This document shows, one piece after another, positions 42,674 to 53,967 of a stretch of DNA of 64,000 nucleotides. Position numbers and translations under genes: made by a program. Under the pieces are notes generated by a model. The model saw only the letters and a list, made by a program, of their open reading frames with translations. It had not been told where the DNA came from and searched no databases. The stretch is from Candidatus Sulfomarinibacteraceae bacterium (GTDB lineage: Bacteria > Acidobacteriota > Thermoanaerobaculia > Thermoanaerobaculales > Sulfomarinibacteraceae). The DNA lies in NCBI GenBank assembly GCA_963796455.1, contig CAWCLO010000001.1, positions 231,372-295,371 on the forward strand, in the 5' to 3' direction. The stretch's first letter is position 1; every line of letters begins with the position of its first letter.

Positions 42674-43197
42674 GAGCCCGACGCGCCTTCCACCCCGGGA
42701 GCCGGTTTCATGGCCTTGACGCTCTCTCGGATGACATCCGGAAGTTCCGGAGAATAGCCGCGATAGATCCCGACCGGCCGTCCTTCACGATCGAGGAGCA
42801 CGTTGGTGGGCAGGCCTTTGATTCCGAGCTGAATCAGGCTCCTCTGATCCATCCGGTAGACCGGGACATCGATGTCATAGCGCTGCAGAAAACGCACACC
42901 CATCGCCGGTGATTGGTCGGTATTGACGGTCACGAGCGTGAATCCTTCATCGGCAAGCTCTTCGGCGAGCTTTTCCAGCTCCGGCAGCTCCATCCGGCAC
43001 GGTCCGCACCACGAGGCCCAAAAGGTCATCAGCACCGGTTTCCCGTGCAAGGAGTGAAGATCGATCTGGGCGGTGCCGTCGATGGCGGTGAATTTCATGT
43101 TAGGAAAGACCGGTGTTTCGACGACCTGGTCGTCTTCCGCGGCTGCAATCGATGCCGAAAGTACGAGCAACAGGAAAATGGCGAGAATTCGTCTCAT
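42670..43197 (-). CDS. TlpA-family thiol:disulfide oxidoreductase (redoxin)
   Basis: WASWCGPC active site. Signal peptide from M17 (MRRILAIFLLLVLSASIAAA). Confidence 0.85.
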   Translation of the reverse strand: MRRILAIFLLLVLSASIAAAEDDQVVETPVFPNMKFTAIDGTAQIDLHSLHGKPVLMTFWASWCGPCRMELPELEKLAEELADEGFTLVTVNTDQSPAMGVRFLQRYDIDVPVYRMDQRSLIQLGIKGLPTNVLLDREGRPVGIYRGYSPELPDVIRESVKAMKPAPGVEGASGS

Positions 43198-43306
43198 AGA
43201 GCCATGATACACCGACCTGCGGAGGCTGGATATTGAACCGTTCATACTTTGTGAAATTTAGCACAAAGACGCTGCGAATCGTTACCACATCTGCTACACT
43301 TTCCGG

Positions 43307-44215
43307 ATGAGTTGGGAACTGCACCGCATCACAATCGTCGGCGGCGGGATGATGGGAAGATCACTCGCCACCAAGGTCGCCCAGGAGGGCATCAACGTTT
43401 ATCTCAAAGAGGTTTCACAGGAAACCGTCGCGATCGGAAAGAGTGAGCTCGACCGGGCGCTGGAGAACGAAATCTCACGCTTCGGTCTGACCAACTCCGA
43501 AAAAAAAGCGATCCTGTCGCGCATCACCTGGGTCACCCAGTTTGATTGCGCATCCGACAGCGATCTCGCGCTCGAGGCCGTTCAGGAGGACTTTGGCCTC
43601 AAGCGTCAGATTCTGCGCGAACTGGATCGTCGGATGCCCGAGGGCAATCCGATCGTCATCAATACCTCGACCCTTTCGATCACCGAACTCGCCGCCCAGA
43701 ATTCGCAACCGGAGCGGATTGTCGGCATGCACTTTCTCTACCCTGTCACCACCACTCGGGTGGTGGAGGTGGTGCGAGGCCAGCTGACCTCCGATGAGGT
43801 CTACGAGCGAGCCATCGAGTTCGCGCGTCTCCTCGGCAAGATCCCGATCAAGGTCTTCGAAATGCCCGGCTTTGTCACGACCCGCGTGCTTTTGCCCCTG
43901 ATCAACGAGGCCATGCACGTCGTGATGGAAGGGGTCGCCGAGGCGGCCGAAGTCGATCTCGCCCTGAAAATGGGCTATGAGTTCCGCATCGGTCCGCTCG
44001 AGTGGGCCGACCGCACGGGTCTCGATCGCGTCCTCAACTGGATGGATCACCTGCACAAGGAGAGCGGCGAACCGCGGTTTCGTCCGTGCCCGTTACTCAA
44101 GCGTTTGGTGCGGGCCGGACTGCACGGAGCCAAGACCGGGCGCGGTTTTTTCGAATATGACGAAAACCGCCGCCGGACCGATCGTCTCGCCGACGACAAG
44201 CCAGGGCTCGGCTGA
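43307..44215 (+). CDS. 3-hydroxyacyl-CoA / 3-hydroxybutyryl-CoA dehydrogenase
   Basis: NAD fold IVGGGMMG, then IVGMHFLYPV and GFVTTRVLLPLINEA. Confidence 0.85.
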   Translation: MSWELHRITIVGGGMMGRSLATKVAQEGINVYLKEVSQETVAIGKSELDRALENEISRFGLTNSEKKAILSRITWVTQFDCASDSDLALEAVQEDFGLKRQILRELDRRMPEGNPIVINTSTLSITELAAQNSQPERIVGMHFLYPVTTTRVVEVVRGQLTSDEVYERAIEFARLLGKIPIKVFEMPGFVTTRVLLPLINEAMHVVMEGVAEAAEVDLALKMGYEFRIGPLEWADRTGLDRVLNWMDHLHKESGEPRFRPCPLLKRLVRAGLHGAKTGRGFFEYDENRRRTDRLADDKPGLG

Positions 44216-44241
44216 GCCGAGCCGAAACAACGGAGCGCAGC

Positions 44242-45498
44242 ATGAAAATCCTCGTTTTGAACAGTGGATCGTCTTCGGTCAAATTCCAGATCATTGAAAC
44301 CGATATTGACCGTATGAACGCCGATGAGGACCAAACTCTCGCGGTGGGTTTGGTCGAAAAGATCGGACTCTCCGACTCGCGGTTGGTACTCGAGGTACCC
44401 AACCGCCAGACCTACCAGGATTACCGCGAGATCCTTGAGCACCGGACCGCCATCGAGTGGGTGCTGCGTATTCTGGTCGATCCGGAGGTCGGAATCATCT
44501 CTTCGGTCGACGAGATCGAGGCTGTGGGTCACCGTGTGGTTCATGGCGGCGAAGCCTTTGCATCCTCCGTGCTCATGACCCCCGAAGTCGTCCAGAGCAT
44601 TCAAGAGTGCTCGGCGCTGGCGCCACTCCACAACCCTCCAAATCTGCGTGGATATCAAGCCGCGTTTGCGGCAATGCCCGAAGTCCCCCACGTCGCGGTT
44701 TTTGACACCGCATTCCACCAGACGATGCCTGCGCACGCTTTTCTCTACGGCATTCCATTCCAGCTCTACAAAAAGCACGCACTGCGAAAATACGGATTTC
44801 ACGGCACTTCCCACCGTTTTGTGACCTTTCGCGGCTGCCAGATCCTCGAATGGGAACGCGAAGAACGCAAGGTGATCTCGGTCCACCTCGGAAACGGGTG
44901 TTCTCTTGCCGCGGTCGACCGGGGGAAAAGCATCGACACCTCGATGGGTTTCACGCCACTCGAGGGTCTGGTGATGGGCACACGCTCCGGCGACATGGAT
45001 CCGGCCATCATTCCCTGGCTGATGGCGATGGAGGAACTCACCCTCCACCAGGTCAATACCATGCTCAACAAGCACTCGGGGCTCTATGGCATCTCCGGGG
45101 TCAGCTCCGATATGCGGGAACTGTTGGAAGCACGCGCCAGCGGCCACCAGAGGGCCGACGTCGCCTTCCGCATGTTCGCCTACCGCATCAAGAAGTACCT
45201 GGCAGCTTATGCGGCCGCCATGGGAGGCGTCGACGCGGTCTTCTTCACCGGCGGAATCGGACAGAAATCCGCCGAAGTGCGTGAGGAAACCCTGGCCGGT
45301 CTCGAGTTCATGGGCATCGAGCTCGATCGTGAACGCAACGCGACCACCACCAGCGGCGAAGGTGAGATCACCACCGACGACTCGCGAGTCCGGGTGCTGG
45401 TGGTGCCCACCAACGAGGAAAAGACGATTGCACGGGACGTGGTCCGGGTCCTCAATGGGATCATGCCGGAGTTCACTCCACCCGAAACCGTTATCTGA
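44242..45498 (+). CDS. ackA: acetate kinase
   Basis: MKILVLNSGSSSVKFQ, GHRVVHGG and FHGTSH motifs; 418 aa. Confidence 0.93.
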   Translation: MKILVLNSGSSSVKFQIIETDIDRMNADEDQTLAVGLVEKIGLSDSRLVLEVPNRQTYQDYREILEHRTAIEWVLRILVDPEVGIISSVDEIEAVGHRVVHGGEAFASSVLMTPEVVQSIQECSALAPLHNPPNLRGYQAAFAAMPEVPHVAVFDTAFHQTMPAHAFLYGIPFQLYKKHALRKYGFHGTSHRFVTFRGCQILEWEREERKVISVHLGNGCSLAAVDRGKSIDTSMGFTPLEGLVMGTRSGDMDPAIIPWLMAMEELTLHQVNTMLNKHSGLYGISGVSSDMRELLEARASGHQRADVAFRMFAYRIKKYLAAYAAAMGGVDAVFFTGGIGQKSAEVREETLAGLEFMGIELDRERNATTTSGEGEITTDDSRVRVLVVPTNEEKTIARDVVRVLNGIMPEFTPPETVI

Positions 45499-45518
45499 TC
45501 GGGCCGGTTTCCGACGCA

Positions 45519-45803
45519 CGGAGAGACCGCTGATAGCGCAGATGGGCGCAGATAGTCGAACCGTGTTTTGATTTTCGTGTCGTCGATCAACATTTCCAGC
45601 GACTTCGGCAACGTTGAACCGCAAAGTTCATTTTTGACCAAATCAAACAGCTAACCTGCGGGGTCAATGCGTTGCCGGCTGGTGGCCCGACGTCTTTGTC
45701 TTGCAGGTCCTCAACGGGAGCGAGAGACGTGAGCGGTATTCGAGTCCGTTCAATCGCCGGGCCCGGAAATCTGCGTTCATCTGCGTGATCTGCGGTTTCT
45801 CCG
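45519..45803. repeat. MITE-like unit: degenerate and exact copies of the 35-nt CGCAGAT motif in inverted orientation around a ~215-bp AT-richer core
   Basis: 45519-45553 (CGGAGAGACCGCTGATAGCGCAGATGGGCGCAGAT) faces 45769-45803, which is the exact reverse complement of 5887-5921. Confidence 0.6.
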
Positions 45804-45818
45804 TGACCGGCTGCGATG

Positions 45819-45841
45819 GGAATTCCGAATTCCGAATTCGC
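45819..45841 (-). repeat. heptamer array (AATTCCG x2.5 on plus strand, TTCGGAA family in the sense of pgsA)
   Basis: It ends 6 nt from the pgsA stop at 45848-45850. Confidence 0.85.
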
Positions 45842-45847
45842 GACTCG

Positions 45848-46525
45848 CTACTCCCCTGCCTCATCTGCATCCTTACGGTCCTGCCTGGCCTCTTCGACAA
45901 AGCGGCTGACCCGGTAGATGTAGTTGAACGCGGAGACGATCACCAGAATGAATGAGGCGTAGAAACAGGCTTCGGGGATCCACCACGGAATGTCGACGAC
46001 ATTGGCGAAGAGCACGACCGCCACGGTCAGGACCTGAGAAAAAGTCGTCGCCTTGCCGAGAACCGATGGCGGAAACTCCCGCAACCCCTCGACCATGTAG
46101 AGAACCCCGGCCACCAGCATGATCACAAAATCACGAAAGAGGGCCAGTATCGTCAACCACAGCGGAATCACCACCGCCTGCCCCTGGGGGATGGTCAAGG
46201 CAATGTAGGCGACCGTGATCAACATCTTGTCGGCAATCGGGTCCAGATAGGCACCGATCCGAGATTGCATGTCCATGCGTCTGGCAAGATACCCATCCAA
46301 GGAGTCGGTCAGACCGGCAACCACAAAGACCCACAAGGCCAGTTTGAAATCCGAATCGGTGACTGCGAGGACAAAAAACGGAACCAGCGCCATCCGCAGC
46401 AGGGTGATGAAATTCGGAACCGTCAGCGGGCGCAGTTTTTCTTCGACCCGGGTGCGGATCTTTTCGCGCGCCTCGCGATCCATCGAAGGTTTCTTCACCC
46501 GTTTCCCTGCCGGTTGAGCCGCCAC
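45848..46525 (-). CDS. pgsA: CDP-diacylglycerol--glycerol-3-phosphate 3-phosphatidyltransferase
   Basis: CDP-alcohol phosphatidyltransferase motif DSLDGYLARRMDMQSRIGAYLDPIADK. The start may be M15 (46483). Confidence 0.85.
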   Translation of the reverse strand: MAAQPAGKRVKKPSMDREAREKIRTRVEEKLRPLTVPNFITLLRMALVPFFVLAVTDSDFKLALWVFVVAGLTDSLDGYLARRMDMQSRIGAYLDPIADKMLITVAYIALTIPQGQAVVIPLWLTILALFRDFVIMLVAGVLYMVEGLREFPPSVLGKATTFSQVLTVAVVLFANVVDIPWWIPEACFYASFILVIVSAFNYIYRVSRFVEEARQDRKDADEAGE

Positions 46526-47277
46526 AGGATTCTCAATCCGTGCAACGTGAGGTCGGGCTCGACATATTGGATGAGTTCGGTGTGGCTGGCAAAGGCGCCC
46601 GCGAGCCCACCGGTGGCGATCACCTTGGCATCGCCAAGCTCATCGAGGATCCGTCGGGTCACCCCTTCGATCAAACCCAGGTAGCCATAGAAGAGCCCGC
46701 TCTGGATACTGTCCACCGTGCCCTTGCCGATGACCCGGGGCGGCGGCGCCATGGCGACGTCGGGGAGCTTGGCGGTCTTGGACGACAAGGCGTTGGCAGT
46801 CACTCCGGGACCCGGGGCGATGACGCCACCGAGGTATTTTCCGTCCACCGAGACGACCTCCCAGGTGATCGCGGTGCCGAAATCGAGCACCAGACAGGGA
46901 CCACCGTGCTCGGCGAAAGCAGCCACCGCATCACACAAACGATCGGCACCGAGTTCCTGCGGCGCATCGACCACCAACGGCATGTCTGTTCGGATGCCCG
47001 GCTCGACGAAAAAGGCGGACTTATCGAGATATCTCGCAACGCCCTCGCGCAGTCTCGGATCCATCGGGGGGACCACAGACGAGACGGCGACGTCGAGCAG
47101 ATCCGTGGGGGCGACACCTTCCAGTTGAAGGAGTTGATGAAGCCACATCCCCACCTCGTCGGCGGTCCGTTCAGCGTGGGTCGTGAGGCGCCAATGGGTA
47201 CGCAGTCGGTCGCCGTCGAACAGCCCCACCACCGTATTGGTATTGCCCACATCGAGTGCCAGCAGCATATCGCTCAT
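46495..47277 (-). CDS. coaX: type III pantothenate kinase
   Basis: LLALDVGNTNTVVGLF at the N-terminus, with DFGTA and ATGG motifs; 260 aa. Confidence 0.9.
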   Translation of the reverse strand: MSDMLLALDVGNTNTVVGLFDGDRLRTHWRLTTHAERTADEVGMWLHQLLQLEGVAPTDLLDVAVSSVVPPMDPRLREGVARYLDKSAFFVEPGIRTDMPLVVDAPQELGADRLCDAVAAFAEHGGPCLVLDFGTAITWEVVSVDGKYLGGVIAPGPGVTANALSSKTAKLPDVAMAPPPRVIGKGTVDSIQSGLFYGYLGLIEGVTRRILDELGDAKVIATGGLAGAFASHTELIQYVEPDLTLHGLRILWRLNRQGNG

Positions 47278-47484
47278 TCAGCCTCCGAAAATCTCACGGT
47301 ACAGCCCCAGATGCGCGGTGTCCACTCAGACTAAACCATGGAGCCCGTGTTCCGTAGTATTATCTGCGCGCGTTATGCGCACATTCAAAAACTGCGGGCA
47401 CTTCGGGAAGTGGCCCGTGCAGGGCAATAACGAGCCGGCTCGGAACTGCCAAAACACAATCACTGAAACGGAAGGGGACGCAAG

Positions 47485-49254
47485 ATGAGTCTTCGACGAG
47501 GATGGATGACCGCTGCGGTAGTGCTCGCGGTCCTTTTGTGCGGTCCGACGGCGACCGCCCAGAAGGCTGAGGTGCCGGTCAAAGAGGTTTCTCTCGACAA
47601 CGGCATGAAATTCCTGATGGTCGAACGGAGCGAGAGCCCGACGGTGTCGGCAGGTTGGATCGCCCACGTCGGATCGGTCAACGAGGAAGTCGGCGTGACC
47701 GGAATCGCCCATCTCTTCGAGCACATGATGTTCAAGGGCAGCCGGGTCATCGGCACTTCGGATTACGAAGCGGAAGCCGAGATCATCGCCAAACTCGACA
47801 GCCTGAGGCTCGAGATGGATGTCGAATATGCGGCCATGCGTGAGGCCAAGCGGCGTGGTGAGATCACCGGAAGCATCTTTCTGCCCGAAAACGTGACGCC
47901 ACGGTTGGCTGAACTCAGGGAACAGATGAAGGCTCTCCAGGAACAACAGAAGGCCATCATCGTCAAAGACGAATTCGACCAGATCTACACCGAGGCCGGT
48001 GCGTCATCGATGAATGCCGGGACCAGCAACGATTTCACGGTGTATTTCATCACCGTCCCCGCCAACAAACTCGAACTGTGGTTCTGGATGGAGTCAGAAC
48101 GGCTCCTCAACGCGATCTTCCGCGAGTTCTACACCGAGCGGGACGTGGTTCGCGAAGAACGAAGGATGCGCACCGAATCAAACCCGGTGGCAAAATTCGA
48201 AGAGCAGTTCGACATGATGTTCTGGGGCTCGATCCCCTACCACCACCCGACCGTAGGATGGCCATCCGATGTCGAATCAATCGGCCGCGACGCCGCCAAT
48301 CGATTCTTCGCCACCTATTACGCGCCCAACAACCTCACGGCTGCACTGGTCGGAAATTTCGAATCAGACGAGGCGCTCGCGTTGGCCAAGAAATACTTCG
48401 GCCGCATCCCACGCGGCGGGACCCCTCCACCCGAGGTCGTCACCGAAGAGATCGAACAGCTCGCAGTACGACGGATGACTGCCGAAGCGGACACCAACCC
48501 TTCGGTCCACATCCGTTGGCACACGGTCCCTTTCGCCCATCGGGACATGTATGCCCTCGACGTAATGGGATCGGTTCTCAGTGACCGCACCGGTCGACTC
48601 TATAAATCGTTGGTCGAAGCCAATCAACTCGCAACGGGTCAGCCCTACGCGAGCTTCGACCCGATGAAATATGCCGGGTCTTTCGAAATCGGCGGCGAGC
48701 TTGCCGAGGGCATCGAACACCAGCAGGTGGAAGATGCTCTCCTCTTCGAGATCGATCGTCTCAAGACGGAGCCGGTGGAGGCGCGAGAACTGCAGAAAGT
48801 GAAGAACCAATCCCTCGCGAACTCCTATAGGCGTCTGCAATCCGACTACTTTTTGATGCTCCAACTCCTGCTCTACGACGTGTGGGACAACTGGAACTAT
48901 CTCAACGAATCTTCGGAAAAGATCGAGGCCGTGACGGCCGAAGACATCCAGCGGGTTGCAGAGACATATTTCACCGATGAGGGGAAAAATATTCTGTGGT
49001 ATTTCCGCAAAGAGGGCAGCGAAGAGGATCCCGAACTGGCGGCGTTGAGCGGCCAGGCCAAGGCCATCGCCAAACAGGCCCTCGCCCAGATCGCCCAGAT
49101 TGACGACCCCGCGCAACTCGAGCAGGGGCTCGCTCAGATGAAGGCGATGCTCGGCCAGACGCCACCGGAGATCAAGCCAGCCATCGAGCTGGCGGTCAAG
49201 CGTGCAGAGGAACGACTTGCTGAACTTTCGGCCGCGGCCGGAGAGGAGGAGTGA
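47485..49254 (+). CDS. M16-family zinc peptidase (active subunit)
   Basis: Signal peptide, and the inverted zinc motif HLFEHMMFKG (HxxEH). Confidence 0.88.
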   Translation: MSLRRGWMTAAVVLAVLLCGPTATAQKAEVPVKEVSLDNGMKFLMVERSESPTVSAGWIAHVGSVNEEVGVTGIAHLFEHMMFKGSRVIGTSDYEAEAEIIAKLDSLRLEMDVEYAAMREAKRRGEITGSIFLPENVTPRLAELREQMKALQEQQKAIIVKDEFDQIYTEAGASSMNAGTSNDFTVYFITVPANKLELWFWMESERLLNAIFREFYTERDVVREERRMRTESNPVAKFEEQFDMMFWGSIPYHHPTVGWPSDVESIGRDAANRFFATYYAPNNLTAALVGNFESDEALALAKKYFGRIPRGGTPPPEVVTEEIEQLAVRRMTAEADTNPSVHIRWHTVPFAHRDMYALDVMGSVLSDRTGRLYKSLVEANQLATGQPYASFDPMKYAGSFEIGGELAEGIEHQQVEDALLFEIDRLKTEPVEARELQKVKNQSLANSYRRLQSDYFLMLQLLLYDVWDNWNYLNESSEKIEAVTAEDIQRVAETYFTDEGKNILWYFRKEGSEEDPELAALSGQAKAIAKQALAQIAQIDDPAQLEQGLAQMKAMLGQTPPEIKPAIELAVKRAEERLAELSAAAGEEE

Positions 49255-49255
49255 G

Positions 49256-50731
49256 ATGCGACGAATGATCATGCCCCTTGCCTCCGTGCTGGTGTTCGCC
49301 ACAGCATTTATTTTTGCGGCAGATATCCCGGAACGCCCCGAGGAGCTCCAGTACCCCGAATTCAAGTTCGACCTTCCCGATGCGGATTCGCTTCGTTTTG
49401 AACTCGCCGACGGCACTCCGGTCTATGCAAAACGCGACAGCGAGTTCCCGTTGGTCAACATCACCGTCTATTTCAAGGGCGGCCGCTATCTCGAATCTGA
49501 CGACAAGGCCGGTCTTGCAGCCATCGCTGGAGATGCCTGGCGCTCAGGGGGAGCCGGCGAGCGCACCGCCCAGGAACTCGACGAAGATCTCGATTTCCTG
49601 GCCGCCACCATCGGCACCAACATCGGCGAAGTCAGCGGGTCGGCCAGTCTCAATGTGTTATCGAAAGATCTCGATGAGGCGCTGGCCATCTTTATGGACG
49701 TGCTGACCAAACCGACCTTCCAGCAGGATCGTTTCGACAAGACCAAAGACAACATGATCCAGGCCATCAAACAACGAAATGACGACTCGGCGAACATCGA
49801 AGGCCGCGAATGGCGCCGGCTCATCAACGGGGATGATTTCTGGGGGAATCGACTCTCGACCAAGGCCTCCATCGACTCCATCACCACTTCCGACGCCAAG
49901 GGCTTCGTGTCGTCGCTGGTGCGTTCCGGCAATGTCCTGGTCGCCGTTTCGGGCGACTTCGAAGCAGCCGCGATGGAGGCCCTGCTCAACCGGACCATCG
50001 GGTCCCTCGAGCCCATGGCGCAACCGCTGCCCGCCATCCCACAGCCCGATCACACACCCGCCCCGGGCGTCTATGTGGTCAACAAATCCGATGTCAATCA
50101 GGGCAGGGTCCGGATCGGCAAGATCGGATTCCGCGAAGGGCACCCCGACGAGTTCGCCCTTAAAATGGGCAACGAAATCCTCGGCGGTGGCGGTTTCACG
50201 GCAAGAATGATGAAACGCATCCGTTCAGACGAGGGTCTCGCCTACGACGCCCGCTCGTCCCTCAATTTCCCGGTCACCATACCGGGCGCCTTTGTTGCGG
50301 AATACCAATCCAAATCCTCAACCGTTCCCTATGCGGCGGAGATCTTTTTCGAGCTCCTTGATTCGATGCGGACCAAAGCGGCCTCCGATGAGGAACTGCA
50401 GACCGCGAAGGTTTCGTTCATCGAGATCTTTCCGCGTTTCTTTGCCAGCGCCGACCAGATCGTCGGGATCTTTGCCAGCGATGAGCTCCTTGGACGAGAT
50501 CATTCATATTGGACGGATTACCGCGATCGCGTCGCCGCCGTCTCGGCAAAGGATGTGACCGCCGCCATGAAAAAGCACCTCGATCCCGCGACCATGATCA
50601 TGCTGGTGGTCGGCAATCTCGAAGAGATTTCACAAGGCCACCCCGATCACGAGGCGGCGCTGACCGACTTCGGCGAAATCAAGATGGTTCCGCTGCGCGA
50701 TCCGCTGACTCTGGAGCCGATCGTCGAGTAA
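49256..50731 (+). CDS. M16-family peptidase (non-catalytic partner type)
   Basis: ATG 49256 lies 1 nt after the upstream stop. It has the M16 fold pattern but I saw no HxxEH. Confidence 0.8.
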   Translation: MRRMIMPLASVLVFATAFIFAADIPERPEELQYPEFKFDLPDADSLRFELADGTPVYAKRDSEFPLVNITVYFKGGRYLESDDKAGLAAIAGDAWRSGGAGERTAQELDEDLDFLAATIGTNIGEVSGSASLNVLSKDLDEALAIFMDVLTKPTFQQDRFDKTKDNMIQAIKQRNDDSANIEGREWRRLINGDDFWGNRLSTKASIDSITTSDAKGFVSSLVRSGNVLVAVSGDFEAAAMEALLNRTIGSLEPMAQPLPAIPQPDHTPAPGVYVVNKSDVNQGRVRIGKIGFREGHPDEFALKMGNEILGGGGFTARMMKRIRSDEGLAYDARSSLNFPVTIPGAFVAEYQSKSSTVPYAAEIFFELLDSMRTKAASDEELQTAKVSFIEIFPRFFASADQIVGIFASDELLGRDHSYWTDYRDRVAAVSAKDVTAAMKKHLDPATMIMLVVGNLEEISQGHPDHEAALTDFGEIKMVPLRDPLTLEPIVE

Positions 50732-50752
50732 CCCAATCAATTCTGAATCTCT

Positions 50753-50781
50753 CGCCCGGGCTTCGGCCCGGGCGTTTTTTT
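50753..50781 (+). terminator. rho-independent terminator
   Basis: CGCCCGGGC-TTCG-GCCCGGGCG followed by TTTTTTT. Confidence 0.9.
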
Positions 50782-50874
50782 GGCTATGGGCTGTGGTATT
50801 GGGGCTATGGGGCTATGGGGCTATGGGGCTATGGGGCTATGAGGCTATGAGGCTTTTGGGGCTCTGAGGTTGTG
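50782..50874 (+). repeat. GGCTATG/GGGCTATG/AGGCTATG tandem array
   Basis: It begins on the base after the terminator T-run and has about 11 units of 7-8 nt. Confidence 0.95.
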
Positions 50875-50960
50875 GCGCGACGAGGGCGAACAACTGGAAA
50901 ACCCTCAAAGCCTCACCGCCAGGCCGCGCCGGCGGCCGATCATCGCCTCACAGCCTGTGC

Positions 50961-51422
50961 TCACGAATAGGTCCACGGCGTATCGTGGATAGTCAGCAAC
51001 TCACCTTCTCGGAAGCTTTCGCCGACCACGGCTTCGGCCACGGCGAGATCGTGGTCTCCGCCATCGACCCAGTTGACCAGACGGCAGCCCATATATCCGA
51101 GCGAGGCGTTGATAACCGGTGCGCCCACCTCGGGACAAAGTTTCCAGTCCACCTGCTCGAGGCGATTGTCGGGATTGCCAAAACCCAGTTGAGCGAGTTC
51201 CAGATCTCCCTTGCCAAGAAAGTTGACGGTAAAAGCTCGTGCTTCCTGGATCAACGCGTGCCCGGGATGGGTCTTTCGCACCGCCGTCGCCACCAGACAC
51301 GGTTCGAAGGAGATCTGGGTCAACCACGACCCTGTATAGATGAACATTTCCGTTTCGGTGGTCACCCCGATCAAATAGAGAGCATTCGGAATCAGCGCCA
51401 ACATTTCTCGTGGCTGGGCCAT
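50961..51422 (-). CDS. flavin reductase-like (FMN-binding split-barrel) protein
   Basis: Pattern LYLIGVTT...SWLTQISFEPCLVATAV...TVNFL. Start at M13 of the ORF. Confidence 0.7.
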   Translation of the reverse strand: MAQPREMLALIPNALYLIGVTTETEMFIYTGSWLTQISFEPCLVATAVRKTHPGHALIQEARAFTVNFLGKGDLELAQLGFGNPDNRLEQVDWKLCPEVGAPVINASLGYMGCRLVNWVDGGDHDLAVAEAVVGESFREGELLTIHDTPWTYS

Positions 51423-51538
51423 GTCGCCTCCCCTTCGATTGATGAGCTTTGATCTCATTTTACGTCACACTTGCGGGCTTGTGAAATCGGGTGCAAAATG
51501 GTCCGGCCCCAAAGCTGGGCAACTCCTGAGGAGGAAGA

Positions 51539-52701
51539 ATGAAGATCCACGAGTATCAAGGTAAAGAGGTGCTTGCCAAGCACGGTGTCCCGGTACCGCG
51601 CAGCGTCGTCATCACCGAGGCCGAAGAAGCCCGCAAGGCGGCCGAGGAACTGGGCGGCCGGGTGGTCGTCAAGGCGCAGATCCATGCCGGCGGCCGCGGC
51701 AAGGGTGGCGGCGTCAAGCTGGCTGACAACCCTGACGAGGCGGTCAAGCTGGCCGGTGAGATTCTCGGTATGACCCTAGTGACAAAACAAACCGGTCCCG
51801 AGGGCAAGCTGGTTCGGACGGTTTTGATCGAAGAGGCTCTGCCGATCGATCGCGAACTCTATCTGGGCGTGGTCCTCGACCGCTCGGAAGGCTTTCCGGT
51901 AATGATGGCCTCGAAATTCGGTGGTATGGAAATCGAAGAGGTCGCTGAAGAAAACCCGGACGCGATCCTCAAGGCCCATTTCGACCCCGATGTGGGGCTC
52001 CACCCGTATCTGAGCCGCAAACTCGCCTTTGGTCTGGACCTCGAAGGCGACGCCTTCAAGGCGGGCACAAAGTTCATGCATGCTCTGGCCAAGGCCTACG
52101 GCGAGAGCGATGCGTCGCTGCTCGAGATCAACCCGCTGGTCACAACGACTGACGGCCGGGTGGTCGCGCTCGACGCCAAGATGAACGTCGACGACAGCGC
52201 GCTCTATCGCCACAAAGACATCGAGGCAATGCGCGACATCCACGAAGAGGAACCGCTCGAGGTCGAGGCCTCGAAGTTCGATCTCAACTACATCAAACTG
52301 GATGGCAACATCGGTTGCATGGTCAACGGCGCGGGGCTTGCCATGGCGACCATGGACATCATCAAACACTGCGGCGGCGAACCGGCCAATTTCCTGGACG
52401 TGGGCGGCGATGCCTCCCAGGAACGTGTTGCCGCCGCTTTCCGCATTCTGCTTTCCGACCCGTCGGTACAGGGGGTTCTGGTCAACATATTCGGCGGCAT
52501 CGTGCGCTGCGACATGGTGGCGCGGGGTGTCGTGGCGGCGGCCGAAGAGGTCAAACTCAGCATCCCGTTGGTGGTTCGACTCGAGGGCACGAACGTCGAG
52601 GAGGGCCGGCGGGTTCTCGCCGAGTCCGGCCTCGATCTGATCGTCGGTGATGGCATGGCCGATGCCGCCGAGAAAGTCGTGGCGGCGGTTGGAGGTGCAT
52701 C

Positions 52702-52705
<4 letters not shown>
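51539..52705 (+). CDS. sucC: succinyl-CoA synthetase beta subunit
   Basis: [12 protein letters not shown]..., an ATP-grasp domain and GGIVRCD; 388 aa. Confidence 0.95.
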
Positions 52706-53586
<881 letters not shown>

Positions 53587-53587
53587 G

Positions 53588-53625
53588 AAGCTATGAGCTA
53601 TGCGCTTTGAGCTATGAGGCTCGAG
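53588..53625 (+). repeat. AGCTATG-type tandem array (GGCTATG family variant)
   Basis: It starts 1 nt after the sucD TAG and lies between the stop codon and the terminator. Confidence 0.8.
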
Positions 53626-53636
53626 CGTGTTTTCGA

Positions 53637-53667
53637 ACGCCCCTGGGAAACCGGGGGCGTTTTTTTC
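53637..53667 (+). terminator. rho-independent terminator of sucCD
   Basis: ACGCCCCTGG-GAAA-CCGGGGGCGT followed by TTTTTTT. Confidence 0.85.
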
Positions 53668-53848
53668 GAGGCCGGGTCGGAACCGATCTGTCTTCCGATA
53701 GGAACCGGAGCTTGCCTTCAGTCGTGGAGGCAAAAGGTAGGGAGAGGCGCCGGAGTTCGTACGAGATGATGTTTGGGGAGGACGTGGATGACCGACCAGG
53801 GTTTGTATCTTGCTGGTCGGACCTCGAATGCTCAGTGGGTCTTTTCAA

Positions 53849-53967
53849 GATGTCATCCTGAGCGCAGCGCCTCGGGCGCGGAGTCGAAGGATCTGCGGCT
53901 TCGTTGTCCTTCCGGCCACCCATAGATCCTTCGACTACGCCCTGCAGGCTCCGCTCAGGATGACATC
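53849..53967. repeat. cloverleaf-like palindromic element (GTCATCCTGAGCG family), copy 3
   Basis: It has the same termini and the same inner stem AGTCGAAGGATCT/AGATCCTTCGACT as copy 2. It is flanked by ~36-nt direct repeats at 53710-53745 and 53982-54017. Confidence 0.9.
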
